Shown: positions 1 through 10,429, numbered from the stretch's first letter. The stretch is 64,000 bases of DNA from a virus (IMGVR_UViG_3300028591_000090:1-64000), one strand, 5' to 3'. Numbers and translations: made by a program. Notes: generated by a model not told the origin, from the sequence alone.

Positions 1-10
1 TGTTAAAATA

Positions 11-44
11 CTTGTATATGTCAAAAAATATGTTTATATTTGCA
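11..44 (+). promoter_or_regulatory. Bacteroidetes primary-sigma promoter (-33 TTG/TTTG, -7 TATATTTG); representative of ~25 copies
   Basis: tttatatttgc motif upstream of cassettes at ~33, 1083, 2506, 3967, 5678, 5999, 8562, 11488, 13110, 13722, 15195 (+) and ~27832, 29391, 34781, 36815, 41347, 42439, 43796, 47510, 51721, 53839, 54774, 56651, 57884, 59569, 63180 (-); matches TAnnTTTG consensus. Confidence 0.85.
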
Positions 45-68
45 CAGTTAAACATTTAATTAAAGGTT

Positions 69-518
69 ATGGAAAAAATAGTAATGTTGAGTATTTCAGT
101 ATCAGTTGTGTTAGTATTTATTTTATTGTTGTATGTTTTTGATTGTTGCAGTCATGGATATAAATTTAAAGATATGATAAAATTTATAACTATGTTTAAG
201 GCATCATTTTTTTGTGATGAGAAAGCAAAAGAGAAATTAGAAAAGTTTAAGGATTTTTATGATAGCCAACGAGAATATGATAATCAAATGATGCAAACGA
301 AAGAAAAAACACGTGTAGCGTTGGAGTCTGCATTAAATACAATGAGATATATAAAAGAGGCAGACAATCAAATAAGACAAAAGAGAGAAGAAATGTTAGG
401 TGTAGCAATGGAGGCTGTTGTATTAAATACAATAAGATGTATAGAAAAGATAGAAGAAAAGGAAAAATATAAAAATATTAAACCAGAAATATATGTAGAT
501 TATTCAAAATATTTGTAG
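69..518 (+). CDS. hypothetical membrane-anchored protein
   Basis: ORF after promoter; N-terminal hydrophobic helix. Confidence 0.7.
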   Translation: MEKIVMLSISVSVVLVFILLLYVFDCCSHGYKFKDMIKFITMFKASFFCDEKAKEKLEKFKDFYDSQREYDNQMMQTKEKTRVALESALNTMRYIKEADNQIRQKREEMLGVAMEAVVLNTIRCIEKIEEKEKYKNIKPEIYVDYSKYL

Positions 519-603
519 AGTTAAACATATAAAACGATATAAGTTATGTTAAAGATATGTAATATTACTGGAGCGGAATTTAAAATATAAAGGAAAATAG
601 TAT

Positions 604-1056
604 ATGTATAAGTTAGAGATTACAATAGGATATGGAGAGTATTGTGATGATATGTTCACACGGTCATATCTGGAGATAGACGATGAGAAAGCGTTAAGGT
701 ACAAGAATCTGACTGACGAGGAATCGAATGAGTTGGGTTGGGTAGAGTTATCGAATTTGAGTCATTGTATAACAAAAGAGTTAGCGGAGAAGATAGAAAA
801 GTTTTTCAATTCATTATGGGAAAGGGAGACAGGGAAAGGTTATAAGGTGAATCATATTTTATTAAATTACGATTGTGATAGATATTGGTGGATAGAAGAG
901 GGTTGTATGACGGAGGAGGAGTTTGAGTGGTTTAGTGATATATATGATAATTATAATATGTTATTTTGTCCGCAAGTTGGGTGGAACTGGTATGGAGTTG
1001 TAGGGGCGAGGATTGTGTATGAAGATGAGAAAGGGAATATGAGTTATGTTATGTAA
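604..1056 (+). CDS. hypothetical protein
   Basis: 150 aa ORF. Confidence 0.7.
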   Translation: MYKLEITIGYGEYCDDMFTRSYLEIDDEKALRYKNLTDEESNELGWVELSNLSHCITKELAEKIEKFFNSLWERETGKGYKVNHILLNYDCDRYWWIEEGCMTEEEFEWFSDIYDNYNMLFCPQVGWNWYGVVGARIVYEDEKGNMSYVM

Positions 1057-1119
1057 AAAATTTGTATATGTCAAAAATTTTATTTATATTTGCGAAGTTG
1101 AATAATAAAAGATAAAGAT

Positions 1120-1644
1120 ATGAAAAAGTTTAGTGAATTAAAATTTGGTGATTATATATATAGAGTGTATTATAGTGGTGTGGGAGATGGATTATATGCA
1201 GAGGCGGTAAGAAATAATCGAGAGAATGTAGTATTTGACACTTTGCGTTATCTGGGAGAAGAAGACGTACCTTGGTTTGATATTAAGGATAGGAGCAATA
1301 TGGGTTATAAGTGTTATATAACGACGGATTTAAACGATGCGATAGAGAAGTATGCAGAGAAGTTTGATATAAAGCCAGAGAAGATAAAAGTTATTATGTA
1401 TGATGAGCATGGTAATAAAAGTGAGAAGGAGATGAGTCTTTATGATTTTCGTAATGTATTGGTAGTAAAGAACTATGTTGCGTTTATGAAAGAGAATATG
1501 AATGTATTAAATTCAGACGAAGATAAGTTGGCGACAGAGATACATGTAGATGATTTATGTGTAAAAGCACCGAGTGGGTATATGATTGGTAATGTAACGC
1601 CAACTGGTAATGGATATTTGGTAGAGTATAGAAAAAAGGAATAA
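1120..1644 (+). CDS. hypothetical protein
   Basis: ORF after promoter. Confidence 0.75.
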   Translation: MKKFSELKFGDYIYRVYYSGVGDGLYAEAVRNNRENVVFDTLRYLGEEDVPWFDIKDRSNMGYKCYITTDLNDAIEKYAEKFDIKPEKIKVIMYDEHGNKSEKEMSLYDFRNVLVVKNYVAFMKENMNVLNSDEDKLATEIHVDDLCVKAPSGYMIGNVTPTGNGYLVEYRKKE

Positions 1645-1648
1645 AAAT

Positions 1649-2092
1649 ATGGGAATGTACACACACTTCGTAATAGATGGTGTTGTAAAAGAAGAATTTC
1701 GCAACATCATAAAAGAACTATATGATATAAATAGAAATCATCATGATATATTAAAAGAAGTCATGGATTTCAGATTAGTGGTAGAAAAATTTAATTTCAA
1801 GCCATTTCAAGACTTCGCTTATCGAGAAAGGACGACATTGTTCTTCTATGGAAGTCAATGTGAAGATGATTTAGAATACGATGAACAGAGTGGTTATTGG
1901 CATTTAGAGTGTGAAATAAAAGACTATGCAGAATGTTATGAAGGCAAAGAAAGAACACGAACATCAGAATGTTTCATAGCATCAATGCCAGACATATTCG
2001 AAGAAGGTGCAACATACAGCAAGCAGTATGAAGAGTCTGATGCTCCAAGAAAATACATATTGAAAGATGGAAAATTAATTGAATTAAATTAA
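1649..2092 (+). CDS. hypothetical phage protein
   Basis: tightly packed ORF. Confidence 0.75.
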   Translation: MGMYTHFVIDGVVKEEFRNIIKELYDINRNHHDILKEVMDFRLVVEKFNFKPFQDFAYRERTTLFFYGSQCEDDLEYDEQSGYWHLECEIKDYAECYEGKERTRTSECFIASMPDIFEEGATYSKQYEESDAPRKYILKDGKLIELN

Positions 2093-2098
2093 ATAGAT

Positions 2099-2458
2099 AT
2101 GAGAAGAAAATTTAGTGAAAACATAGAGAAACGCTCTGAACTCAAAAAGCAAAGAGATGAACTTTGGGATGAAAATCTTGCAAGTATCAAGAGATATTAC
2201 GAGCGTTTAAGAGAAGTTGGTAAAATAAAAGAAGAGCGATTTGTTAGATATTGGAGTGTCGTATTACCACCATATGTTCCAGACGATGGGTATGTGTATA
2301 TTCATGTTCAATACGACATACAAGGCGATGGGCGTATTAAAAACGAAATAATAAAAGTCGATGACATTGACAACTTTCTCAACTATGAACACACAGAACG
2401 TCGATTTAAGATTGCAGATGAACTTTTTAATGATAATCAACAGAGAGATATTTGGTAG
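2099..2458 (+). CDS. hypothetical protein
   Basis: tightly packed ORF. Confidence 0.7.
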   Translation: MRRKFSENIEKRSELKKQRDELWDENLASIKRYYERLREVGKIKEERFVRYWSVVLPPYVPDDGYVYIHVQYDIQGDGRIKNEIIKVDDIDNFLNYEHTERRFKIADELFNDNQQRDIW

Positions 2459-2728
2459 AATATGTATTTTTTTATTTAATAATTTGCATATGTTAAAAAT
2501 AATGTTTATATTTGCATGGTTGAATAAATAAAATATAAAGATATGGGAAGAAAGAGAAAAAATATAGTTTCGGTGAATTATAAAAACACAAAGGTGTATT
2601 ATGAAGACAAAAAAGCAGATTATGATTATAAAGTATCATCATCTACGTTTTTGATTGGAGTTATTATATATATAATTCCTATTCTTTTTATTGTTGGTTC
2701 AATTGTTTCAATTTTATAATTGGTTATT

Positions 2729-3022
2729 ATGAAGAGTTTATATATAATATATTTCAGAATGTATAGTGGAGAAGAGATATACTATACGAAGAAGGTGTAT
2801 GAAAACAGTAGTGAGTATGTAATAGGTACGAAAGATATAAACGAAGCGAGTTTATATAAAGATTTGGTAACAGTAAGACAGATAGTAAGGGGGAAAAAGA
2901 AAATGGTCAAAATATGTACTGAAACGTCAGATAGATTGGGGAGATATGCAGAAGACTATAGAAAAGTGGAGAGTATAGGTATAAGGGAAGTATTATTACA
3001 ATTGGGGGATAAAGTTGAATAA
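2729..3022 (+). CDS. hypothetical protein, paralog of 15225..15524
   Basis: shared LY...M..G...YYT...GT.D...A..YK pattern. Confidence 0.7.
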   Translation: MKSLYIIYFRMYSGEEIYYTKKVYENSSEYVIGTKDINEASLYKDLVTVRQIVRGKKKMVKICTETSDRLGRYAEDYRKVESIGIREVLLQLGDKVE

Positions 3023-3038
3023 TAAAAGATATAGTATT

Positions 3039-3539
3039 ATGAAAGGAATAAATATTTCAGATGTAATAAAGAGAATAAAAGAGGGAGATAGGAACGATAG
3101 CAAGAGGGCGTTGCATGAATTGATAGATTTCTGTGAGCCAATAATTCAGAAGTATTATAATGAGATTTATATATATCTTGTAGAGGAAGAGGTTTACGAT
3201 AATGATAAAAATTTTTTATTAGGATTATTTGGTAGCGATTATAATAGTGACTATGATATAGATGATTTCATAGGCTATGATAAATCGGATAGGGAATTGA
3301 TTTTCTATTGTAGTAGTAGAGATATAAGGGTATGTATGCCAATAGATTGGTTAGATAGTAGTAGTTTTGATAGGAATATGGATAAGATAAGAGAGACGAT
3401 ATTGAAGAGCAGGATAGAATTTAATAAGGGTAAAATAAAAGAATATAAGAGCAAAATACTTTTATATAAAGAAGATACAGAAAAAATGAAAGAAAAGTTG
3501 GATGAGTTACAATTGCGTAGAAAATCTGATAATAAATAA
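3039..3539 (+). CDS. hypothetical protein
   Basis: ORF. Confidence 0.7.
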   Translation: MKGINISDVIKRIKEGDRNDSKRALHELIDFCEPIIQKYYNEIYIYLVEEEVYDNDKNFLLGLFGSDYNSDYDIDDFIGYDKSDRELIFYCSSRDIRVCMPIDWLDSSSFDRNMDKIRETILKSRIEFNKGKIKEYKSKILLYKEDTEKMKEKLDELQLRRKSDNK

Positions 3540-3561
3540 AGGTATAAAAAATAAAAAATAT

Positions 3562-3873
3562 ATGGATAAGAAATTTGGCAAACACGTTCCGTTGTTTGAA
3601 GAGTTTACAAAAGATGATTTCGAAAGAGAAGAATACTCCAAAAGACAAACAATATCAGATATGGTGTCTATAGTTGAACAAACTTGTACCGAATGGGTAG
3701 AAAATATGGATTCTATAGAAGATGAAGATAGTCAAGAATTTGTAGTAGCAAAAACCGTTGTTGATGTTCTTAGTGAAATAATAAGAGAGATGAGAAGTAA
3801 AGATTCTTCAAATGATATTGATGGTGGTTGGGAAAAGTATAATGATATTAAAAGAGCAATGAGACAAAATTAA
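3562..3873 (+). CDS. putative late/head-internal protein (VPLFEEF motif)
   Basis: TAAATAA upstream; CTS-like N-terminus. Confidence 0.65.
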   Translation: MDKKFGKHVPLFEEFTKDDFEREEYSKRQTISDMVSIVEQTCTEWVENMDSIEDEDSQEFVVAKTVVDVLSEIIREMRSKDSSNDIDGGWEKYNDIKRAMRQN

Positions 3874-3900
3874 TTCTCTATAAACATAAACTATATTAAG

Positions 3901-3933
3901 AATGGATATATAATTTTTATATATCCATTTTTT
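3901..3933 (+). terminator. intrinsic terminator
   Basis: aatggatatat/atatatccatt hairpin plus T-run. Confidence 0.7.
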
Positions 3934-3998
3934 TGTTTAAAAATTTGTATATGTTAAAAATATTGTTTATATTTGCACAGTCTTAAAAATTAAAGGTT

Positions 3999-5036
3999 AT
4001 GGAAAATATAGCAGAATTATTAAAAAATGCACCACAAGGTTTGGTGTTATACAGTCCTTTGTGTGGAGAGTGTAAGTTTGAATATGTATCAGAAGAGGAT
4101 GTAATACATGTAAATTCTGTTGATACAAACAAGGAGTTTATGTTTGATAAGTATGGAAGATACTTTTATTGTCAACAAGGTAATATAATGTTATTTCCAG
4201 AAAAAGATTGTGATTATTGGTTCTTGGATTCCGGGTTGCATCCAACCATAATAGAAAAAGAGTCTTGTTGTGGTGCTATTGTAAAAGATTTAAATACTGA
4301 AAAACTTTATATTGTTTGTAAAGATAAAGGTTCTGGCTATTTTACAAAACTATGCACACCACATAGTCAATTAAATTGTTCTTCTTTTGAGAACAAAGTG
4401 TTTGCAACTATAGAAGAGAAGGTTGTCTTTATAGAAGAACTTGTAAACAATGGTTTTCGTTATGATTCAAAATCAAAAGAGATTGTTTCTTCTGATGACA
4501 GATATGTCGCTGTTGATAAAAAAGACGGTGTAAGTTATGTATATAAGGTTATTTCAGGAGAAGATTTTATAAATGTAAAAGACCCATATAATCGTAAATC
4601 ATCACTAAACCTTTCTCAATACCGTGACGCAACAATAGAAGAAATACAATGGTTCAAAAATATTTCTAAAAAGTATAATTCTTATTATACTAACGAATAT
4701 TTATATCACAAGGTAATAACTTTTGAAGATGGTGTTCCAGAATGCCTAATGTTTGATAAAGAAGCATACAAGCATAATGCATATTCACAAACACACTATA
4801 GTCTTTTGGCTGAATTGATGGCAAAACACGTACACGATACTTGGATGGCACAAAGAGTTAAAAACGGTTGGAAATATGGTGAACATCGTGATGACAAAAA
4901 GAAAACACACCCTTGTATCGTGCCTTATGAAGAACTCCCAGAATCGGAAAAAGAATACGATAGACAAACGTCATTAGAAACAATTAATTTTTTGAGAGAA
5001 CAAGGTTTTAAAATTGTACAAGAAAATGAAGATTGA
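3999..5036 (+). CDS. RyR-domain-containing protein
   Basis: C-terminal HDTWMAQRVKNGWKYGEHRDDKKKTHPCIVPYEELPESEKEYDR. Confidence 0.85.
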   Translation: MENIAELLKNAPQGLVLYSPLCGECKFEYVSEEDVIHVNSVDTNKEFMFDKYGRYFYCQQGNIMLFPEKDCDYWFLDSGLHPTIIEKESCCGAIVKDLNTEKLYIVCKDKGSGYFTKLCTPHSQLNCSSFENKVFATIEEKVVFIEELVNNGFRYDSKSKEIVSSDDRYVAVDKKDGVSYVYKVISGEDFINVKDPYNRKSSLNLSQYRDATIEEIQWFKNISKKYNSYYTNEYLYHKVITFEDGVPECLMFDKEAYKHNAYSQTHYSLLAELMAKHVHDTWMAQRVKNGWKYGEHRDDKKKTHPCIVPYEELPESEKEYDRQTSLETINFLREQGFKIVQENED

Positions 5037-5364
5037 ATTTAAAGACTGTAATATCTCTTTGACAAGGAATAACTTGATAAAGATTTCAAAAGAAATCGGA
5101 GAAAGATTTTATGCAAAGACTATTGAAACTATTACGTATAAACGTTCTTGGTATAAAAAATATGATTCTGTAAGAAACAGAGTTGAACCAATTGAAGTGC
5201 ACAAGACTAACGGTGGCGGATACATTGTCATAAGAAGTAACAATTTTGAACATACACTCAAAAAAGAATTCGAGAATGACAGTTTCATAAAGAAGACTGT
5301 GATTGTCGGCTTGTGTCCGATTGAATTTGATGTGAATGAAGAAGAATGGAATATTAGCTTTTAA
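5026..5364 (+). CDS. hypothetical protein
   Basis: overlapping ORF. Confidence 0.65.
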   Translation: MKIEFKDCNISLTRNNLIKISKEIGERFYAKTIETITYKRSWYKKYDSVRNRVEPIEVHKTNGGGYIVIRSNNFEHTLKKEFENDSFIKKTVIVGLCPIEFDVNEEEWNISF

Positions 5365-5375
5365 AAAGAAAAAAT

Positions 5376-5669
5376 ATGAAAGAAATTAAATGGATAAAGT
5401 TTTCCGATAAGTTTCCGGAAACTGGTAAAAGGATTGTAGTTATTGAAGTAATAGGAGAAACAATCTGTCTTTATAATGATGCTCATTATGAAGAAAGGTC
5501 GAAAAAAGACTATGAAGAATGTTATATATATTACGATGACAATAGTAATTTTATTTCAACTCATAAATATTCATTAAAAAGTGAAGACTATTACTGGATA
5601 GACGGAGAAGAATTCGATAAATTTTTAGCGGAATCTATAAAAAAATCAACAAATACTTGTAATTGTTAA
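5376..5669 (+). CDS. hypothetical protein (DUF551-like WIK..DK.P start)
   Basis: N-terminal motif. Confidence 0.6.
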   Translation: MKEIKWIKFSDKFPETGKRIVVIEVIGETICLYNDAHYEERSKKDYEECYIYYDDNSNFISTHKYSLKSEDYYWIDGEEFDKFLAESIKKSTNTCNC

Positions 5670-6010
5670 AAATAATGTTTATATTTGCATAAACAAATTA
5701 GTAATAACATTAAAATTAATATGGTTATGAAAGTAGCATTAATGATAAATGAATCTAATTCCTGTCCGTATAAAAAGTTATTAACAAGAAAATCTGTTGA
5801 TACTAATACATTAAGGGCATTGGCTGTTAAATATAATAGACAAATTTCAAATGAATTGGGTTATGGAGCTTATTATATTGTAATTATAGATGAAACTAAA
5901 GTTCCTAAAAATATACCGTCTAAATTTTTAGATTAATTTAATTTTTTAGCGGAATCTATAAAAAAATCAACAAATACTTGCAATTGTTAAAAATAATGTT
6001 TATATTTGCA
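5621..6010 (+). repeat. ~69 bp direct repeat (5621-5689 and 5942-6010) containing a promoter, flanking one ORF
   Basis: tttttagcggaatctataaaaaaatcaacaaatacttgYaattgttaaaaataatgtttatatttgca twice. Confidence 0.9.
5721..5936 (+). CDS. hypothetical protein
   Basis: ORF between direct repeats. Confidence 0.6.
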   Translation: MVMKVALMINESNSCPYKKLLTRKSVDTNTLRALAVKYNRQISNELGYGAYYIVIIDETKVPKNIPSKFLD

Positions 6011-6031
6011 GAGTCTTAAAAATTAAAAGTT

Positions 6032-6235
6032 ATGGAAAATAATGCTAAAAAAACAAATGTAGACACTACAGCACTGGCTCTACTTCTATTGGCGAAGGTA
6101 ATAGCACGCTCTTCGAAAGTAAAACTAACGAAGAAAGAAAAATATGCATTCGCACAAATTGCTAGCATGACAGGCAATATTTTACCAGCATTTGGTGAAA
6201 TGCCTTTGAATGATAATGAAGAAATCGACTTATAG
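6032..6235 (+). CDS. hypothetical protein
   Basis: ORF after promoter. Confidence 0.6.
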   Translation: MENNAKKTNVDTTALALLLLAKVIARSSKVKLTKKEKYAFAQIASMTGNILPAFGEMPLNDNEEIDL

Positions 6236-6261
6236 AAATGTAGATTTAAAAAAATAAAGTT

Positions 6262-6699
6262 ATGAAAAACAAAATAGCGACAACGATAGAACAATCAAAG
6301 AAACTCATTGAGTTAGGTATTGATTTGAATACTGCGGATATGACTTGGGAAAAAGTGGCTAAAAGTCTTACAGAAGATTCTTATTGGAAACTTATAATAG
6401 GTTTAGATATATCTATTAAAAACAACTTATTTTCATATAGGAATGGTTATGTTTTTCCTGCTTGGAGTCTTTCAGCACTTTTAAGTTTATTGCCAATATC
6501 TGTATCAAAGGAAAAAGGTTATCCCTATTATCTCGAATGGCAATTTTGGAATGATAATTCATTGAGATATGTTAATCCATATTCGGATAAGAGAGAATGT
6601 CTTGTGGATATTTATTCGGACCACGATGAAAAACTAAAGGATTATATTGATACAGCATTTGAAATGATATGCTATCTTAAAGAAAATAAATTGATATAA
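6262..6699 (+). CDS. Bacteroidetes-phage family protein, paralog of 7145..7609
   Basis: EQSKKL.ELGID..TADM, PAWSLSAL, YLKENKLI shared. Confidence 0.8.
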   Translation: MKNKIATTIEQSKKLIELGIDLNTADMTWEKVAKSLTEDSYWKLIIGLDISIKNNLFSYRNGYVFPAWSLSALLSLLPISVSKEKGYPYYLEWQFWNDNSLRYVNPYSDKRECLVDIYSDHDEKLKDYIDTAFEMICYLKENKLI

Positions 6700-6716
6700 A
6701 ACTAAAATAATATAAT

Positions 6717-6929
6717 ATGGAAATAACGCTTTCAATATTAGGTCTTGCATTATTAGTTTTAATTGTGCTTGCATTTTCGGATTCACTTGGTGAAATAATT
6801 CTTATCATTATTGTTGCATTTTTTATTGCATATAAATGTAGTGATGATGTAAAAAAGGAAGTATCAGATGGGCATATCGAGATAAAGATAGATACAGCAT
6901 CGAATAGTAAACTTATTAACGTAAAATAA
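6717..6929 (+). CDS. small membrane protein
   Basis: two hydrophobic segments. Confidence 0.6.
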   Translation: MEITLSILGLALLVLIVLAFSDSLGEIILIIIVAFFIAYKCSDDVKKEVSDGHIEIKIDTASNSKLINVK

Positions 6930-7144
6930 TTATTAGATTATGGAAAGTAAAAAGTATGTTTATGTAGTGGTTAGTCATCCGTTGAACTTAGAATCTGATG
7001 TTATTGCTGTATTTGAATCAAAGAAAGATGCAGAAGATTATTGTGATAGAGCCAAGAAAGAATATAAGCCAGTATCTTTCACATATCATAAAGTTGAATT
7101 TAATAAGAAATAGGTTATAATGACTGAATTAAATAATAATTAGT

Positions 7145-7609
7145 ATGGAAAGTAAGATAGCAACAGACTTAGAACAAAGTAAAAAACTGCTTGAGTTAGG
7201 AATAGATGCTGATACGGCAGACATGCACTGGGAGTCAATATCCGATGATGATCATAGATTAGGTTTATTTACAGCTAAAGAAACAAAAGAAAGCCTTGAA
7301 AGAATGCAATATACATTAAAAACTACGTTTAATGTAAAATTAAGTCCAGCATGGAGTCTGTCGGCATTGATGAATCTTTTGCCTTCTGAACTATCATTGC
7401 CAGATATGTATGGAGGAACTATCAAGTATGAAATCCGTATAAGAAAATATAGTCATACAAATGAACTATACTTGTATCAAATTGCTTATGCTACTAATCA
7501 GGGGCTTTCCAAAAGCTGGCATGATATGGTCAATACTTCTGAACAAGAAGACTTGCTTGATACAGTATTTGAAATGATTGTTTATCTTAAAGAAAATAAA
7601 TTGATATAA
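7145..7609 (+). CDS. Bacteroidetes-phage family protein, paralog of 6262..6699
   Basis: same motifs as 6262..6699. Confidence 0.8.
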   Translation: MESKIATDLEQSKKLLELGIDADTADMHWESISDDDHRLGLFTAKETKESLERMQYTLKTTFNVKLSPAWSLSALMNLLPSELSLPDMYGGTIKYEIRIRKYSHTNELYLYQIAYATNQGLSKSWHDMVNTSEQEDLLDTVFEMIVYLKENKLI

Positions 7610-7613
7610 GATT

Positions 7614-7859
7614 ATGACTATTAAAGAATTTTTACAAATACCAGAAGACTATAAAATAAAACTTATCAATGAGTATGGTTCTGTTTGTTTTTACAAAGGA
7701 GAAAAAAGACAAGAAGATTTTGATGACGGAGTACCAAATTATATGAATGGACCAGATAGTTTTCTTTTCTTCTTATCTAATAAGAAAATTGATAAATCGT
7801 ATTTACACCCAACTTTAAAAGAAGTTGAAAATTTTGTTCAAAATTACAAAGTAATATGA
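7614..7859 (+). CDS. hypothetical protein
   Basis: packed ORF. Confidence 0.6.
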   Translation: MTIKEFLQIPEDYKIKLINEYGSVCFYKGEKRQEDFDDGVPNYMNGPDSFLFFLSNKKIDKSYLHPTLKEVENFVQNYKVI

Positions 7860-8239
7860 TAAACATGGGAAAACGTGATTTAAAATTTGAAGATAGAATA
7901 TTTTCTGGTGAGCTAGACTTAAAGTCTGGAAAGAAATTAAAGATAAGATTGCTTGTTGGTGGTTTTAATACTAACAATCCGACGGAGTATATGAATAATG
8001 TAGTTAAGAGATTCGGTGAGCGGGAGTTTGAAGGGAAGTACAATGAGTTCATAGACGGCACGCTTGACAACCCTTGGGTTAGACTACTCATATCGGACAT
8101 CAACGACATAACTGACGATGACTACGAGACTCTCAAAGAAAAGATTGATAAAGCCGACGACATCATAAAAATGATAAAGGATGCCGACAATGAGACTCTT
8201 GTTAAGATTGAACAATACATTAAGAAACTGAAAAAGTAA
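7856..8239 (+). CDS. hypothetical protein
   Basis: ATGA overlap. Confidence 0.7.
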   Translation: MINMGKRDLKFEDRIFSGELDLKSGKKLKIRLLVGGFNTNNPTEYMNNVVKRFGEREFEGKYNEFIDGTLDNPWVRLLISDINDITDDDYETLKEKIDKADDIIKMIKDADNETLVKIEQYIKKLKK

Positions 8240-8246
8240 TAGTAAT

Positions 8247-8498
8247 ATGACAAACGAAGAAAAACAACAATATGCATATGATTATGCAAAATGTGTCGAT
8301 GTGGTAAATTCGTGCAAGACAGTCGACCAGTTAATTTCTGCAGGAAACTTTATTTGGTTGTTTTATGATAAATGGGATGACAAAGCGGACGATGTAAACG
8401 AGAGATGGGGTTCGCTTGATAGAATAAGGCTCAAAAAACTGAACGACGTAAATCAGATTAATAAACGAATACGCAAACGACGGATTCAAACAAGATAA
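8247..8498 (+). CDS. hypothetical protein
   Basis: packed ORF. Confidence 0.6.
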   Translation: MTNEEKQQYAYDYAKCVDVVNSCKTVDQLISAGNFIWLFYDKWDDKADDVNERWGSLDRIRLKKLNDVNQINKRIRKRRIQTR

Positions 8499-8609
8499 AG
8501 GAAAAGGTAGAAAAATAATTTCATTTTTTATAAAAAAATTTGGAAATGTCAAAAAATATGTTTATATTTGCAATGTCAATTTAAGTTAAACAATTAAATA
8601 TTAAAAGTT

Positions 8610-8882
8610 ATGGAAAATTTGATAAATGAACAAAAAGCATTGGAACTTGCAGAATTAACATCTATAAATGACGATGAGAGATATTATCAACCCCATAAAT
8701 GTGAAATCTATGATAAATGCCTTGAAATGGCTAAATGGAAGGAAGAACAACTTATTGGCAAGGCTTGCGATACAATCGAAAATTTGCTTAGTGGATATAT
8801 TATTAGGAATTTTCATTTTGGAGATTCTTATGATGAGGATAAATTAATTGAGGATTTCAAACAAGCAATGAAAGGAGAATAA
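8610..8882 (+). CDS. hypothetical protein
   Basis: ORF after promoter. Confidence 0.7.
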   Translation: MENLINEQKALELAELTSINDDERYYQPHKCEIYDKCLEMAKWKEEQLIGKACDTIENLLSGYIIRNFHFGDSYDEDKLIEDFKQAMKGE

Positions 8883-8886
8883 AACT

Positions 8887-9333
8887 ATGACAAACGAAGA
8901 AAAAAAACTTTTAAAAAAGAAAGATTTATTGGTAAGATTGCCGTATGGAGTTAAAGCCACAACCACCTCGAATGGGTGGAGTGGTGTTTATGCCGTGTCT
9001 GGGTGTAAAGATGATAGAATTTATCTGGATTGCCCAATCTATGACGAAGGTGATGATGAATGGTTGATTGAATCTGTAAAGCCTTTTCTCCGCAAAATAT
9101 CAAGTATGACGGAGGAAGAAAAAATTGAATTTTCTAATATCTTTAGTAAGTGGTTTGATGAAGAATTGTTCATCTTATCAGAAGAAACTTTTTTGGAGTA
9201 TGCTTTATCTCAGATAAACTATTCAATTAGTCATGAATTATTTGATTGGCTAAACGCTCATCACTTTGACTATCGTGGCTTGATTGAAATGGGTCTTGCT
9301 ATTGAGGCACCAGAAGGAATGTATAATTTTTGA
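8887..9333 (+). CDS. Bacteroidetes-phage family protein
   Basis: RLPYGVK...SSMTEEEK...DWLNAHHFDYRGLIE motif. Confidence 0.75.
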   Translation: MTNEEKKLLKKKDLLVRLPYGVKATTTSNGWSGVYAVSGCKDDRIYLDCPIYDEGDDEWLIESVKPFLRKISSMTEEEKIEFSNIFSKWFDEELFILSEETFLEYALSQINYSISHELFDWLNAHHFDYRGLIEMGLAIEAPEGMYNF

Positions 9334-9340
9334 AAACAAA

Positions 9341-9598
9341 ATGTATATGAAAGATATTAGCACGAATCATAGAAAAATAATACAAGACGCTTTGAACACT
9401 CATAGTTTAGAATCGTTTGTAGGTGCATTAAACAGAGTATTACGTATACCTCCAAACAAAGCGATAGTTGCTGTGTTCAACAATAACGATGATGATGAGG
9501 TAAGGGGATATGCTTTAGTATATGTAGACGAGGAAAAAAGAAAGAATCAAAAGATAGAAGTACTTGATTTGGATACGTTATTTGAAAAATATTATTAG
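9341..9598 (+). CDS. hypothetical protein
   Basis: packed ORF. Confidence 0.6.
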   Translation: MYMKDISTNHRKIIQDALNTHSLESFVGALNRVLRIPPNKAIVAVFNNNDDDEVRGYALVYVDEEKRKNQKIEVLDLDTLFEKYY

Positions 9599-9600
9599 TT

Positions 9601-9789
9601 ATGACAAAAGAAGAATGTATGAATCTTATAAGAAAGAGAATTAAAAAATGTGAGAGTGATTGTAACAACCACGTCGGCTATACAGGAAACTGCAATGATT
9701 GGTTTGCTGGCGTTTCTCGTGGATTGAAAGACGCACTTGAACTTGTAGGAATGATAGATAGTAATAATAATAAAACTAAAAAGATATGA
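9601..9789 (+). CDS. hypothetical protein
   Basis: packed ORF. Confidence 0.55.
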   Translation: MTKEECMNLIRKRIKKCESDCNNHVGYTGNCNDWFAGVSRGLKDALELVGMIDSNNNKTKKI

Positions 9790-10112
9790 GTAATGTTTTT
9801 GGAGCAATAATAACAATAGTTGGTTTAGCACTAATTATTTTCTGGGTCTATATAATTTCAGAAAGACCAATGTGGGCGTTTCACAAATGGAGAATTATAA
9901 AGAACGTCCATAAAAATGGGAAATGTGATTATACTTTACAAAGAAATGGCTTTTGTGGTTTACCGTTTTTATATTGTCGTGACAATATGTTTTGGGATAA
10001 AACGGAGAATTTTACATTAGAAAGAGCAAAAGAATTATTTTCTAGAAGAACACAAATATATATGGATACGATTGGAGAAAAAATACAGAAAAGGGAGGTA
10101 GTAGAACTATGA
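9786..10112 (+). CDS. membrane-anchored protein, tandem paralog 1
   Basis: TM plus FHKWRI..NGK.DY...NGF...PFLY.RD. Confidence 0.75.
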   Translation: MSNVFGAIITIVGLALIIFWVYIISERPMWAFHKWRIIKNVHKNGKCDYTLQRNGFCGLPFLYCRDNMFWDKTENFTLERAKELFSRRTQIYMDTIGEKIQKREVVEL

Positions 10113-10429
10113 TTTTTGTTTTTATTAATGGTATATTATTTGGTCTTTTGTTTATTGCATGGTTAATTCTTGCAATTTTAAGACCAATACACATATTTCA
10201 TAAGTGGAGAATCGTTGAAATCGTCCATAGAAATGGAAAAATTGATTATAAAGTAGAACAAAACGGATTTTTAGCAATGCCGTTTCTTTATGATAGAGAT
10301 GATACCTTATTTGGTAGTTGTGAAGAATTATCATTAGAAGAAGCAAAAAACTATATAAAAAGATGTGAAGAAGAATATAAAAAAGTAATGGGTGAAAAAA
10401 TTGAACGAACAAAAATAATTGAGTTATGA
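10109..10429 (+). CDS. membrane-anchored protein, tandem paralog 2
   Basis: same motifs as 9786..10112. Confidence 0.75.
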   Translation: MIFVFINGILFGLLFIAWLILAILRPIHIFHKWRIVEIVHRNGKIDYKVEQNGFLAMPFLYDRDDTLFGSCEELSLEEAKNYIKRCEEEYKKVMGEKIERTKIIEL

